DNA of 64,000 nucleotides from Candidatus Xenobia bacterium (GTDB lineage Bacteria; Vulcanimicrobiota; CADAWZ01): NCBI GenBank assembly GCA_031551355.1, contig JAVBNT010000001.1, positions 64,477 to 128,476 of the forward strand, read 5' to 3'. Shown piece by piece: positions 56,344 to 64,000 of this stretch (position 1 is its first letter; each line of letters starts with the position of its first letter). The notes under the pieces were generated by a model. It saw only the letters and a program-made list of their open reading frames with translations, ran no database searches and was not told where the DNA came from. The position numbers and the translations under genes were made by a program.

Positions 56344-57045
56344 ATGGATAGGAGCCGTTATTGCCCGCAATGCACTGCTTCTTTTAAGCGGCGGGAGGCA
56401 AAAACGGAATTTGGTTTCCTGTTATGCCCTGAATGCGGACATAGATTTACTCCGGATTTATTGGCCGTTACCATGGAACTGCCCCAGAGTTATAGCAGCT
56501 ATGTTGAAGATGGTGAACTGGTGATAAAAAGAAATAACCGCACCATCCCTGGATTTATCATTTTACCGTTTATTTTGGGCATTGGATTATTTTTATTTAT
56601 TGGTCTGTTTTCTTCCATGGTACTGCCTATTTTAAAAACAGAGGGTGATTTTTCCGGGAAAATTTTTCCGCTTTTATTGGCAAGTTTGTTTTTATTTATC
56701 ATTTTTTTTGTTCCTTATAATATGATTGGAGCTTTGATTAATATTACCGAAACCCGGGTTAACGATAGCTTTATTACCATTACAACCTATCCCTTGCCGA
56801 CGGCGTTTAAAAAAGTCATAGTATCATCTTCAGTTGAGCAGATTTATTGTAAGCACACGCACCACAGACCTTCCCGGGGGCGTTCCTATACTACCTATGA
56901 ACTTATGGCGATACTTAAAGACGGCAGGCGTATTCGCCTGGAGCAGTTTGATGACATTTCCTATGCGCGTGCTTATGAAATACTAATGGAAAGGCATCTG
57001 GGAATTGTAAGTGAACCGGTTGACGGTGAGGATCGCTCCTGTTAA
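56344..57045 (+). CDS. Array paralog A6. Start reassigned to the ATG with a GGAGG SD. The track ORF begins upstream.
   Basis: CPQCTASF...CPECGHRF, 2 TM, NITETRVNDSFITITTYPLP, C-terminal ARAYEILMERHLGI. Confidence 0.55.
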   Translation: MDRSRYCPQCTASFKRREAKTEFGFLLCPECGHRFTPDLLAVTMELPQSYSSYVEDGELVIKRNNRTIPGFIILPFILGIGLFLFIGLFSSMVLPILKTEGDFSGKIFPLLLASLFLFIIFFVPYNMIGALINITETRVNDSFITITTYPLPTAFKKVIVSSSVEQIYCKHTHHRPSRGRSYTTYELMAILKDGRRIRLEQFDDISYARAYEILMERHLGIVSEPVDGEDRSC

Positions 57046-57294
57046 GTAAGCGTCAAACCAAAGACACATTGAATAGCTATGCGAATTCTCCTAAAATTGG
57101 ATAGTAAGTGGGTTTGGCATTTCTGTTGCTTTTCGACAAAACTTCTACACGTGTGCCATCAGCTTTCCGGCTCTGCAACGAACCTCGATGTTGCTGCGTC
57201 GAAAATCTGATAGCGCACTGACAATGTATGGCTTGTGACTGATTGCAACGTTATATTTATTGGGAGTCATTTGAGGATTAGGGAGTGGATGTTT

Positions 57295-58014
57295 ATGGCT
57301 GATACGTTTTTAAATAATTATGCAGGCAATTCTGATGCAATTATTTGTCCGGAATGCAAAAGCTTGTTTGATGAAAGTCAGGTAAATGTTAAATACGGTT
57401 TGGTGCAATGCGTTCATTGCCAAAAAAAGTTTAAGCCCAAATTAAAGGTTTCACAATTGCCGGCAAATTATAAGTTCGTCAACGAAGGCAGTGAATTGTT
57501 GATTAAAAGACGCTGGTTTGAAAAAATTAGTGATTTGTTCTTTCCGGGTTTATTTGCCTTTGCTTTTGGCATTTCTACGGCTTTTATTTTGTTTGCAGTT
57601 TTAAAGGAGGGAATAAAGGAGTCGGCCGTATTCTTGTTTTTACTTGTTCCTTTTGCCTTTGTTGCTTATATCTCAAGCCGTGCTTTACTGGAGACTGTTT
57701 TAAATACGACTGAGATCAGAGTGACTAAAGACTCTTTGTCTGTTGCCGTTTATCCTCTTGCCGCAGAAAATCGTCAAAAATCAATATCTGTTTCTATGAT
57801 AGAGCAGATTTTTTGCAAGGAGATTGTCAGGGGGTATAAATCAGTCAGCGGCTGTAAGCTTTTGGCATTGCTTACTGACGGCAGTGAGATTGAGATTGAA
57901 GTTCTTGATAATTTATCCGAGGCACGTGCCTTGGAGATTTTGCTTGAAAAACACCTTGAAATAGAGGATAATTTTGTTGCCGGTGAATCTTTTAATTCTG
58001 TTGTGGTTAATTAA
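57295..58014 (+). CDS. Array paralog A7. Start reassigned to the second ATG, 9 nt after the GGGAG SD.
   Basis: CPECKSLF...CVHCQKKFKP, 2 TM, NTTEIRVTKDSLSVAVYPL, C-terminal ARALEILLEKHLEIED. Confidence 0.55.
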   Translation: MADTFLNNYAGNSDAIICPECKSLFDESQVNVKYGLVQCVHCQKKFKPKLKVSQLPANYKFVNEGSELLIKRRWFEKISDLFFPGLFAFAFGISTAFILFAVLKEGIKESAVFLFLLVPFAFVAYISSRALLETVLNTTEIRVTKDSLSVAVYPLAAENRQKSISVSMIEQIFCKEIVRGYKSVSGCKLLALLTDGSEIEIEVLDNLSEARALEILLEKHLEIEDNFVAGESFNSVVVN

Positions 58015-58045
58015 GTTCGAAGTAATATTTTAGGAGGAATAAACT

Positions 58046-58711
58046 TTGGAATTTAGATGCAGGGAATGTCATTACTGCTTTACGCCGCGTGCCGAAGATT
58101 TTAGCGATGATATTATAAAATGTCCGCGATGTGCCGACAAATTAAAACCGCCTAAGCTTATGGAAGTGGAATTGTCGTCTGCCTATAAAGCCGGAATTCA
58201 GGGACAGGATCTTGTGGTTACCAAGCGTTGGTTCAACTGGTTGAGTGTTATTTTGTCGGGTATTTTTAATTTAATTTGGGTTCCCGGTTCCATTCTGGCC
58301 TTTATAGGCTCAATAAGCAGCGGTGGCGGCTGCGTTACTCCGTTAACAGTCCTGCCGTTTGTTTTGACATCCTTCTTTCTTGTCTATCATTTTTTTGCCT
58401 TGCTTTTTAATATAACGGAAACACGTGTGAACAATGACAGTATTGTTATTCGCTGCTATCCGCTGCCGTGTTTTAGAACAAGAGTTATTGCCGCTGATGA
58501 TATTGAGCAAATTTACTGCGAGCAAAAAATTGATAATGATCCGGAGAGCGGCCGTAATATAAGATATGAACTAAAGGCCGTTTTAAACAGCGGCATGAAA
58601 ATATTCATCGATTCGTTTGCAGAACTTGCCGAAGCGAGGGCAATGGAAATTTTTATCGAGAAACGTCTTGGCATAAAAGATAGAGAGGTTGACGGTGAAT
58701 GCCTGTGTTAA
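58046..58711 (+). CDS. Array paralog A8. TTG start 8 nt after AGGAGG.
   Basis: CRECHYCF...CPRCADKLKPP, 2 TM, NITETRVNNDSIVIRCYPLP, C-terminal ARAMEIFIEKRLGIKD. Confidence 0.55.
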   Translation: MEFRCRECHYCFTPRAEDFSDDIIKCPRCADKLKPPKLMEVELSSAYKAGIQGQDLVVTKRWFNWLSVILSGIFNLIWVPGSILAFIGSISSGGGCVTPLTVLPFVLTSFFLVYHFFALLFNITETRVNNDSIVIRCYPLPCFRTRVIAADDIEQIYCEQKIDNDPESGRNIRYELKAVLNSGMKIFIDSFAELAEARAMEIFIEKRLGIKDREVDGECLC

Positions 58712-58736
58712 GCAAGTGCTTTGGGTCTTTGCCTGA

Positions 58737-61007
58737 TTAGCTGTTAGCAGTCTCTCCCTGCCATTGTTTGAGAAAAAATTTGAAATCATCTATTGCCATC
58801 GGTTTGGCAAAAACATAACCCTGTATGCTGTCACAACCCATTTTTCGCAGTAAATCAACCTGATTTTTCAGTTCTATTCCTTCGGCCACGGTTTTGATTT
58901 TCAATGCTTTGGCCATGGCGATGATATTTTTAACCAGTTCAAGTCCTCGTTCGGAGTCTTCTCCATGGCAGAAGAAAAGGCGATCCAGTTTTATTACATC
59001 CACTCTAAGTGCCTTAAGGATATTCAATGAAGAGTGTCCGGAGCCAAAATCATCAAGGGAGCATAAAAAACCGTTTTTTTGTAATTCTTTTATTGTTGAT
59101 TTAAACTGTTTGTGGTTTTCAAAAGCAAGGCTTTCGGTAAATTCCAGTTCTATCTGTCCGTTAGGAATTTTGTATTTATTTTTTATTGATACATACGTTT
59201 TTACAAAATCCAGGTGTAATATTCCCAAACGAGAGACGTTTACGGACAGTATTATTGGCTGATGACCTTCATCCAAAATATTTTTTTTGTATGTTTCGCA
59301 GGCTTTTTCAAATACGTATCTGTCAAGTTTTACGATGAAGCCGTTTTTTTCGAAGAGTTTTATGAATTCCGATGGCGGAATTATCCCTTTTCCCGGGGGG
59401 AGCCATCTTACAAGTGCCTCCATTCCTCCGATTGTTCCGTGATTTTGGATGTTTATTTTGGGCTGCAGGTAAATGTTGAACTCGTTATTTTCCAGTGCTT
59501 TTTCCATTCCTGATTCAATTTCGTTTTCTTTTATTTTTTGTTCCCTTATTTTTTTCGAATAGAATCCCAGACCGCATCCGGTTGTATCTTTTACGGATTT
59601 TTTTGCGACATTTGCCCTGTCAATCATATTGCTGACGGAAATGGAATTTTCATCAGGATTTAAGTTGCAAACTCCGCAGCAAAGCTCTATTTTCCACTCT
59701 ATCTCAGAGTATTTTTCAAATAAACTAACGTCACGGTAAAACCGTTTCTCAAGATCTTTTTTGTTTTTATAGCTTCTTAAATATACAAAATTATCGGCAT
59801 TTACCCTGGCAAAAACTTCATCATCACCGGTATTTTTCAGTAAATATCCGGCCCAGTGTTTAAGAAGGGTGTCTCCTGCTTCAAGCCCGAACAGATCGTT
59901 TATATACTTAAAGTTTTTAATATCGCAGGACCATATCGAATAACGTGTTTTTATATTTTTTTTTAGGATGTTTTTTGCGTCAATCAGGAATTTCTGCAGA
60001 TTCTTTTGCCCGGTCAGAGCGTCTTCAAAAGCCAGTTTCTCAAGTTCTTTCCTGCCTGTATTGCCCGTATGCCATATTAAAAGTATGAAGATAATGAATA
60101 TGGCCATTGCGGCGGCAATTATTGTTATTGCGCCGTTTGTAACAAATCTTAGGTTTGTATTGACAAGTTTTTCCGGCATTCCATAGCAGATAAACCAGTC
60201 GTTTATTCCCAATGGTATATATGAAGTAAGCCTTTTTTCTCCGTTGACTTTTCTTTCGCTGTAGCCGCTTTTGCCGTTTGACATATTTTCGAGCATTTCT
60301 GTTTTGCTTGATTCTTTAATATTTGCCTGAGCCGAGAAAATATTGCCTGTACCGGACGTAACCGGATTGTCCGGTGTTACAGCGAAGTCTCCGTTTTTTT
60401 TTATTATATTTGCATAGCCTTTACGTGAATACAGAGATTTTTTTATTGTATTTTTCAATTCTTTTTCAGGATCGGCGGCAAATAAAACTCCTATTGTTTT
60501 GCCTTTAGATTGCACCGGCAAAGCGTAGTAGTTGACAAAGATATTATTATCAGGATCCCATCCGGATTCGGTTAAGACATTTATTCCAGAGATTGATCTC
60601 ATCAGAGATTTAGTTTCATAGTGTCTGGATTCGTGGATATTTTTTTCAGAGTCGATCCATATTGCATTGCCGTTTTTGTATACGAAGCCGATTGTTACAT
60701 ATGTATTTTTCTCCAGTATCTGCGTGAGACTGTTTAGTAATTTATCTTTTTTCAAAAAATCATTGTCTTCAGCGAGAACGGTAACGGCTTTTAGTCTATG
60801 GAAATTATCTTTGATGTGTGATTTTACCGCATCTCTGCTCTGCTCCGTGCTTCTGTGCATATCCTTTATCGTTTCCTGCCGGCCCAGAGTCCAGGCGTGA
60901 CGCATGAATAAGATGCCTAATATCAGAAAGCCGCAACAGATTATTGCGGCAATTAGATAAGCGGTGTTTTTTGAGCGATTACCATTGGTGATGCTTTTAT
61001 GTTTCAC
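58737..61007 (-). CDS. Membrane-anchored c-di-GMP signalling protein. Periplasmic Cache-like sensor, degenerate GGDEF domain (NADNF in place of GGDEF) and intact EAL phosphodiesterase domain.
   Basis: 756 aa, 2 TM. GGDEF fold with RVNADNFVYL. EAL motifs EALVRW, ELEFTES, DDFGSGHSS, KLD. Confidence 0.75.
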   Translation of the reverse strand: MKHKSITNGNRSKNTAYLIAAIICCGFLILGILFMRHAWTLGRQETIKDMHRSTEQSRDAVKSHIKDNFHRLKAVTVLAEDNDFLKKDKLLNSLTQILEKNTYVTIGFVYKNGNAIWIDSEKNIHESRHYETKSLMRSISGINVLTESGWDPDNNIFVNYYALPVQSKGKTIGVLFAADPEKELKNTIKKSLYSRKGYANIIKKNGDFAVTPDNPVTSGTGNIFSAQANIKESSKTEMLENMSNGKSGYSERKVNGEKRLTSYIPLGINDWFICYGMPEKLVNTNLRFVTNGAITIIAAAMAIFIIFILLIWHTGNTGRKELEKLAFEDALTGQKNLQKFLIDAKNILKKNIKTRYSIWSCDIKNFKYINDLFGLEAGDTLLKHWAGYLLKNTGDDEVFARVNADNFVYLRSYKNKKDLEKRFYRDVSLFEKYSEIEWKIELCCGVCNLNPDENSISVSNMIDRANVAKKSVKDTTGCGLGFYSKKIREQKIKENEIESGMEKALENNEFNIYLQPKINIQNHGTIGGMEALVRWLPPGKGIIPPSEFIKLFEKNGFIVKLDRYVFEKACETYKKNILDEGHQPIILSVNVSRLGILHLDFVKTYVSIKNKYKIPNGQIELEFTESLAFENHKQFKSTIKELQKNGFLCSLDDFGSGHSSLNILKALRVDVIKLDRLFFCHGEDSERGLELVKNIIAMAKALKIKTVAEGIELKNQVDLLRKMGCDSIQGYVFAKPMAIDDFKFFLKQWQGETANS

Positions 61008-61276
61008 TTTTTTCCTTTTTCAAAAAAATATTTGCCTAACATGGTGTTTTTGCAGCAAAAAAATTTTATGTTTTGGAAAAATTGTCGGAACAATACCTTT
61101 TGAGCAGATAACTTTATTTATTGGTGATTCAATAACAAAGTATGTTATGAGAGGAAATTTCGGGGAATATAAGCCTTTTCGTGTAGCTGAAAAGCCTATT
61201 ATATAATTATTTTAAAGTTATTGGTAATAAAAGTCAATATATAATTGGATCGATATTGCCCATTATTAATGACGGT

Positions 61277-62068
61277 TTATTTTTTTAAGAACCGTTGCCA
61301 GGCTACGATTGACGCTGCCACGGAAACGTTCAGTGATTCGACTTCGCCGGAGATCTTTATTTTTATCGTTTGGCTGATGAGTTCTTCAAGTTCTTTTGAT
61401 AACCCTTTGCCTTCATTTCCCATAACAATTGCCAACGGACATGGGAAGTTAAAGTTTTCCAGCAAAATTTCCCCTGTATTTCCGGTACCGTAAAAAGATA
61501 ACCCTGATTTTTTCAGTTCCCTGAGATTTTCAATATCGTCGATTTTGTATGTTTTTATCAGCAGGGTCTGTCCTGAAGATGCCCTTATTGTTTTCGGACC
61601 GTAAATATCGGTACAGTTTCCGTAAAGAATAATCCCGTCAATTTTAAAGGCGGCGGCACTCCTGAAGATGGTTCCGCAGTTTCCGGGGTCCTGAATGTTG
61701 TCGAGCATCAGATAACATCCGTTTGCGTCCAGCTCAAATTCAATGAATGTCTGAATTGGAGTTTCGGCAATGGCTAGAAATCCGGCTGTTGTTTCAGTCG
61801 TAGAAATTGTTTCCATCAGATTGTCGGTTACCAGAAAATTAAAATGTGTTCTTTTGGCTATTTTTTCAGCGGACTCAATATCACTGTTATATGCGCTTTG
61901 CGATATAAAAAACATTCTCAGCGAGAAGTTTTTGTCGGCGAGATCACACAATATTTTTTTACCTTCAATCAGGCAGCTTTTCTCAATGTCGCGCCTTTTT
62001 TTATCTTTTAACGACAGGGCATATTTTATGAAATGATTCTGTCTGCTTGTTATTTCTTTGAAAGCCAT
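61277..62068 (-). CDS. TrmH/SpoU-family RNA 2'-O-methyltransferase (RlmB-like).
   Basis: 263 aa. SpoU motifs (MLDNIQDPGNCGTIFRSAAAF, LAIVMGNEGKGLS, SLNVSVAASI). Confidence 0.7.
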   Translation of the reverse strand: MAFKEITSRQNHFIKYALSLKDKKRRDIEKSCLIEGKKILCDLADKNFSLRMFFISQSAYNSDIESAEKIAKRTHFNFLVTDNLMETISTTETTAGFLAIAETPIQTFIEFELDANGCYLMLDNIQDPGNCGTIFRSAAAFKIDGIILYGNCTDIYGPKTIRASSGQTLLIKTYKIDDIENLRELKKSGLSFYGTGNTGEILLENFNFPCPLAIVMGNEGKGLSKELEELISQTIKIKISGEVESLNVSVAASIVAWQRFLKK

Positions 62069-62069
62069 T

Positions 62070-63071
62070 TTATCTTATATCCTTCCAGGTCATTATCGGG
62101 CTGGCATTTAGTGAGAGATCGTCTTTAACTCCGCGTAAAAAATCGTAGTGAGCGCAGCATGCAACCATTGCCGCATTGTCGGTGCAGAGAACCGGCGGCG
62201 GCAGATGCAGTTCAATCCCGCTTTTTTCGCACGCTTCCTTTAGTTTAATCCTCAGCCGGGAGTTGCAGGCAACGCCCCCGGCAAGAAGCAAATGCCGGTG
62301 TTTTTTTTCTTTTACGGCCCTGATGGTCTTTTTAACGAGAACATCTACTATTGATTCCTGAAAAGAAGCGCAGACATCGGAAATATCGAACCCTTCATTT
62401 TTTTTGCAATATTGCATTACTGATGTTTTCAGGCCGCTGAAACTAAATTCATAGCCGTCTTCGTTTAAAAACGCTCTGGGAAATTTTATTTTTCCCGAAT
62501 CTCCGGTCTTTGCCAGACGGTCTATTTCCGGACCACCCGGGTAGGGGAGTCCGAGAATTCTTGCCGCTTTGTCAAAACATTCCCCGACTGCGTCGTCTCT
62601 GGTTTCTCCCAGCAGTTCAAAGTCTCCATGAGATCTCATATCGGCAAGGCATGTGTGGCCTCCTGAGACGAGCAGGACTATCGCCGGGAGTTCGATATCG
62701 TTTTCTCCCAGAAAATTTGCATAAACATGTGCCGGCAGATGGTTTACTCCGACAATGGGAATAGACAGAGTCGCCGCAATTGCTTTGGCGGCGGCAACAC
62801 CCACAAGCAGTGAGCCGATAAGCCCGGGTCCGTTACTGACGGCAACGGCATCAATATCCTGCCAGGATGCACCGGCTTTTAAAAGTGCCTGCTCAATGAG
62901 CGGGTTTATTGTCTCAAGATGTTTTCTACTGGCTATTTCCGGAACTACCCCGCCATAAAGTTTATGTATATCTATTTGTGATGATATCAGGTTGGCGGCA
63001 ATTTTTTTCCCGTCTTCCACTAATGCTACAGACGTGTCGTCGCAGCTTGTTTCTATTCCCAGCCAGAGCAT
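62070..63071 (-). CDS. tsaD: tRNA N6-adenosine threonylcarbamoyltransferase TsaD (Kae1/YgjD).
   Basis: 333 aa. MLWLGIETSCDDTSVALV N-terminus and HxxxH-like metal site (VNHLPAHVY), plus the GGVACN segment. Confidence 0.9.
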   Translation of the reverse strand: MLWLGIETSCDDTSVALVEDGKKIAANLISSQIDIHKLYGGVVPEIASRKHLETINPLIEQALLKAGASWQDIDAVAVSNGPGLIGSLLVGVAAAKAIAATLSIPIVGVNHLPAHVYANFLGENDIELPAIVLLVSGGHTCLADMRSHGDFELLGETRDDAVGECFDKAARILGLPYPGGPEIDRLAKTGDSGKIKFPRAFLNEDGYEFSFSGLKTSVMQYCKKNEGFDISDVCASFQESIVDVLVKKTIRAVKEKKHRHLLLAGGVACNSRLRIKLKEACEKSGIELHLPPPVLCTDNAAMVACCAHYDFLRGVKDDLSLNASPIMTWKDIR

Positions 63072-63123
63072 ATAAAGTTCACCTTTCCGAAGTTACGGTT
63101 TTATACCGTTTTAAACGCGTTTT

Positions 63124-63690
63124 TTATTGATATTTTCCGCTTGCCGTTTTACCGGTTTTTCCAATCAGGTAATTTTGGTCGATATTTTTGGCGTCTGACG
63201 ACTCTATGTCGTCAAGTTTCGATGAATATTCCGGTTGATAAATTTTACCGACCCACATAACGTGCCCGTCGTCAGTTCCGTTATAATATTTTTTTCTGGT
63301 GCCGACTTTTTTGAAGCCGAATTTCTCGTAAAGTGCGATCGCCGCCTTATTTTTTTCATTGACTTCAAGCGTGCTCCATTTTACGCCTCTGGAGATTGAC
63401 TCTTTCATAAATCTGAGCAGCAGCAGTGTAGCAATTTTTTTTCCCTGAAATTTGGGAGCAACCGCAAATGTCGTAATATGTGCTTCTTCAAGAATAAGCC
63501 AGCTCCCCATATATCCGGCAACTGTTCCATCTATTTTTAAAACAAGATAAAGAGCCACTTTGGTGTTTGTCAGCTCCCGTTCAAAACCGTCTTCGGGCCA
63601 CAGCTCAGAGAAGCATTGTTTTTCGATTTCGCGTATAAACGGAATATCTTCCTGCTGCATATAGTCTATTGTAAGGATTTCACTGTCCAT
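63124..63690 (-). CDS. rimI: Ribosomal-protein-alanine N-acetyltransferase RimI (GNAT).
   Basis: 188 aa. GNAT fold motifs (QGKKIATLLL, acetyl-CoA loop). Sits between tsaB and tsaD as in many genomes. Confidence 0.7.
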   Translation of the reverse strand: MDSEILTIDYMQQEDIPFIREIEKQCFSELWPEDGFERELTNTKVALYLVLKIDGTVAGYMGSWLILEEAHITTFAVAPKFQGKKIATLLLLRFMKESISRGVKWSTLEVNEKNKAAIALYEKFGFKKVGTRKKYYNGTDDGHVMWVGKIYQPEYSSKLDDIESSDAKNIDQNYLIGKTGKTASGKYQ

Positions 63691-64000
63691 CTTTAAGTTT
63701 TCTTTCCCTTGTTTCCTCTGCCTCCGATTTTCTCATATAAAAGGCATCAATTTCACTGAAAGCTTTTGTTTCTCCGCTGGCGGCCATTTTTTCGGCAATG
63801 CACGCCAGCGCGTATCCCCTGGGATACCAAAAATGCTTGTCGAGTATATTATTGCCAGGACATTCGTTTTTAAGGAATTCTCCGTAACGCTCCAGAGCAT
63901 TTCCTGTTACAGTAATATTTTTGCCGTATGACAAAAGTTCCTTGGAAAAATCTTCCTTTGAAAAAGCTTTATAATCACTGATTCGTTTTTTGCCTGTATC
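63680..64000 (-). CDS. tsaB: TsaB (YeaZ)-like tRNA threonylcarbamoyladenosine biosynthesis protein, 3' part. ORF is open to the window end.
   Basis: Frame is open through nt 64000. Conserved tsaB-rimI-tsaD order. C-terminal sequence consistent with YeaZ. Confidence 0.5.
   Translation of the reverse strand, partial: DTGKKRISDYKAFSKEDFSKELLSYGKNITVTGNALERYGEFLKNECPGNNILDKHFWYPRGYALACIAEKMAASGETKAFSEIDAFYMRKSEAEETRERKLKDGQ

Overview
This 64-kb window is from a moderately AT-rich, anaerobe-type bacterial chromosome. Housekeeping blocks alternate with at least four accessory patches. No rRNA, tRNA or CRISPR array could be found by eye.

Housekeeping content:
- 1-9.7 kb: partial rhomboid, trkA with two tandem trkH, folD, nifS-nifU, and a family-3 glycoside hydrolase (GH3).
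- 19.7-27.5 kb: a shikimate operon (aroE-aroC-aroK-aroQ), truB, an AmmeMemoRadiSam-type radical SAM enzyme, and a histidine kinase with a LuxR-type response regulator.
- 44.4-51.7 kb: a NuoE/NuoF/NuoG-GltD fusion (flavin electron-bifurcation-like) module, followed by an arylamine N-acetyltransferase (NAT)-like gene.
- 61.2-64.0 kb: a TrmH-family RNA methyltransferase, tsaD, rimI, and a partial tsaB.

Accessory content:
- 10.0-11.3 kb: a secreted protein with six zinc-ribbon repeats and a DA1-like HExxH domain.
- 12.2-18.5 kb: three paralogous, Cys-containing small peptides, each with its own sigma70 promoter and terminator. None is in the ORF track.
- Next to these peptides sit a YVTN lipoprotein, two tandem secreted serpins and an orphan OppB-like permease.
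- 27.8-29.2 kb: two paralogous glycine-zipper membrane proteins.
- 29.7-32.7 kb: a V4R-domain protein followed by a cytoplasmic hybrid histidine kinase.
- 32.9-33.7 kb: a lone Cas6.
- 33.7-34.7 kb: a degraded scar, followed by a Type I restriction-modification (RM) island at 34.7-43.1 kb.
- The RM island holds hsdM, an hsdS carrying a C-terminal Panacea/DUF4065-like domain, hsdR, a DUF45/YgjP metallopeptidase, and a yoeB toxin remnant.
- 52.6-58.7 kb: a tandem array of eight paralogous zinc-ribbon two-transmembrane (2-TM) membrane proteins of unrecognised family. This is the most unusual structure in the window.
- A ~180-bp miniature inverted-repeat (MITE)-like element with terminal inverted repeats occurs at 14.9 kb and 27.6 kb, with a degenerate fragment at 33.7 kb. 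Each copy sits at the edge of an accessory patch.

Coordinate caveat: the displayed line at 10021 has 61 characters. Track coordinates were trusted, and my own coordinates for non-track features may be off by 1-2 nt.
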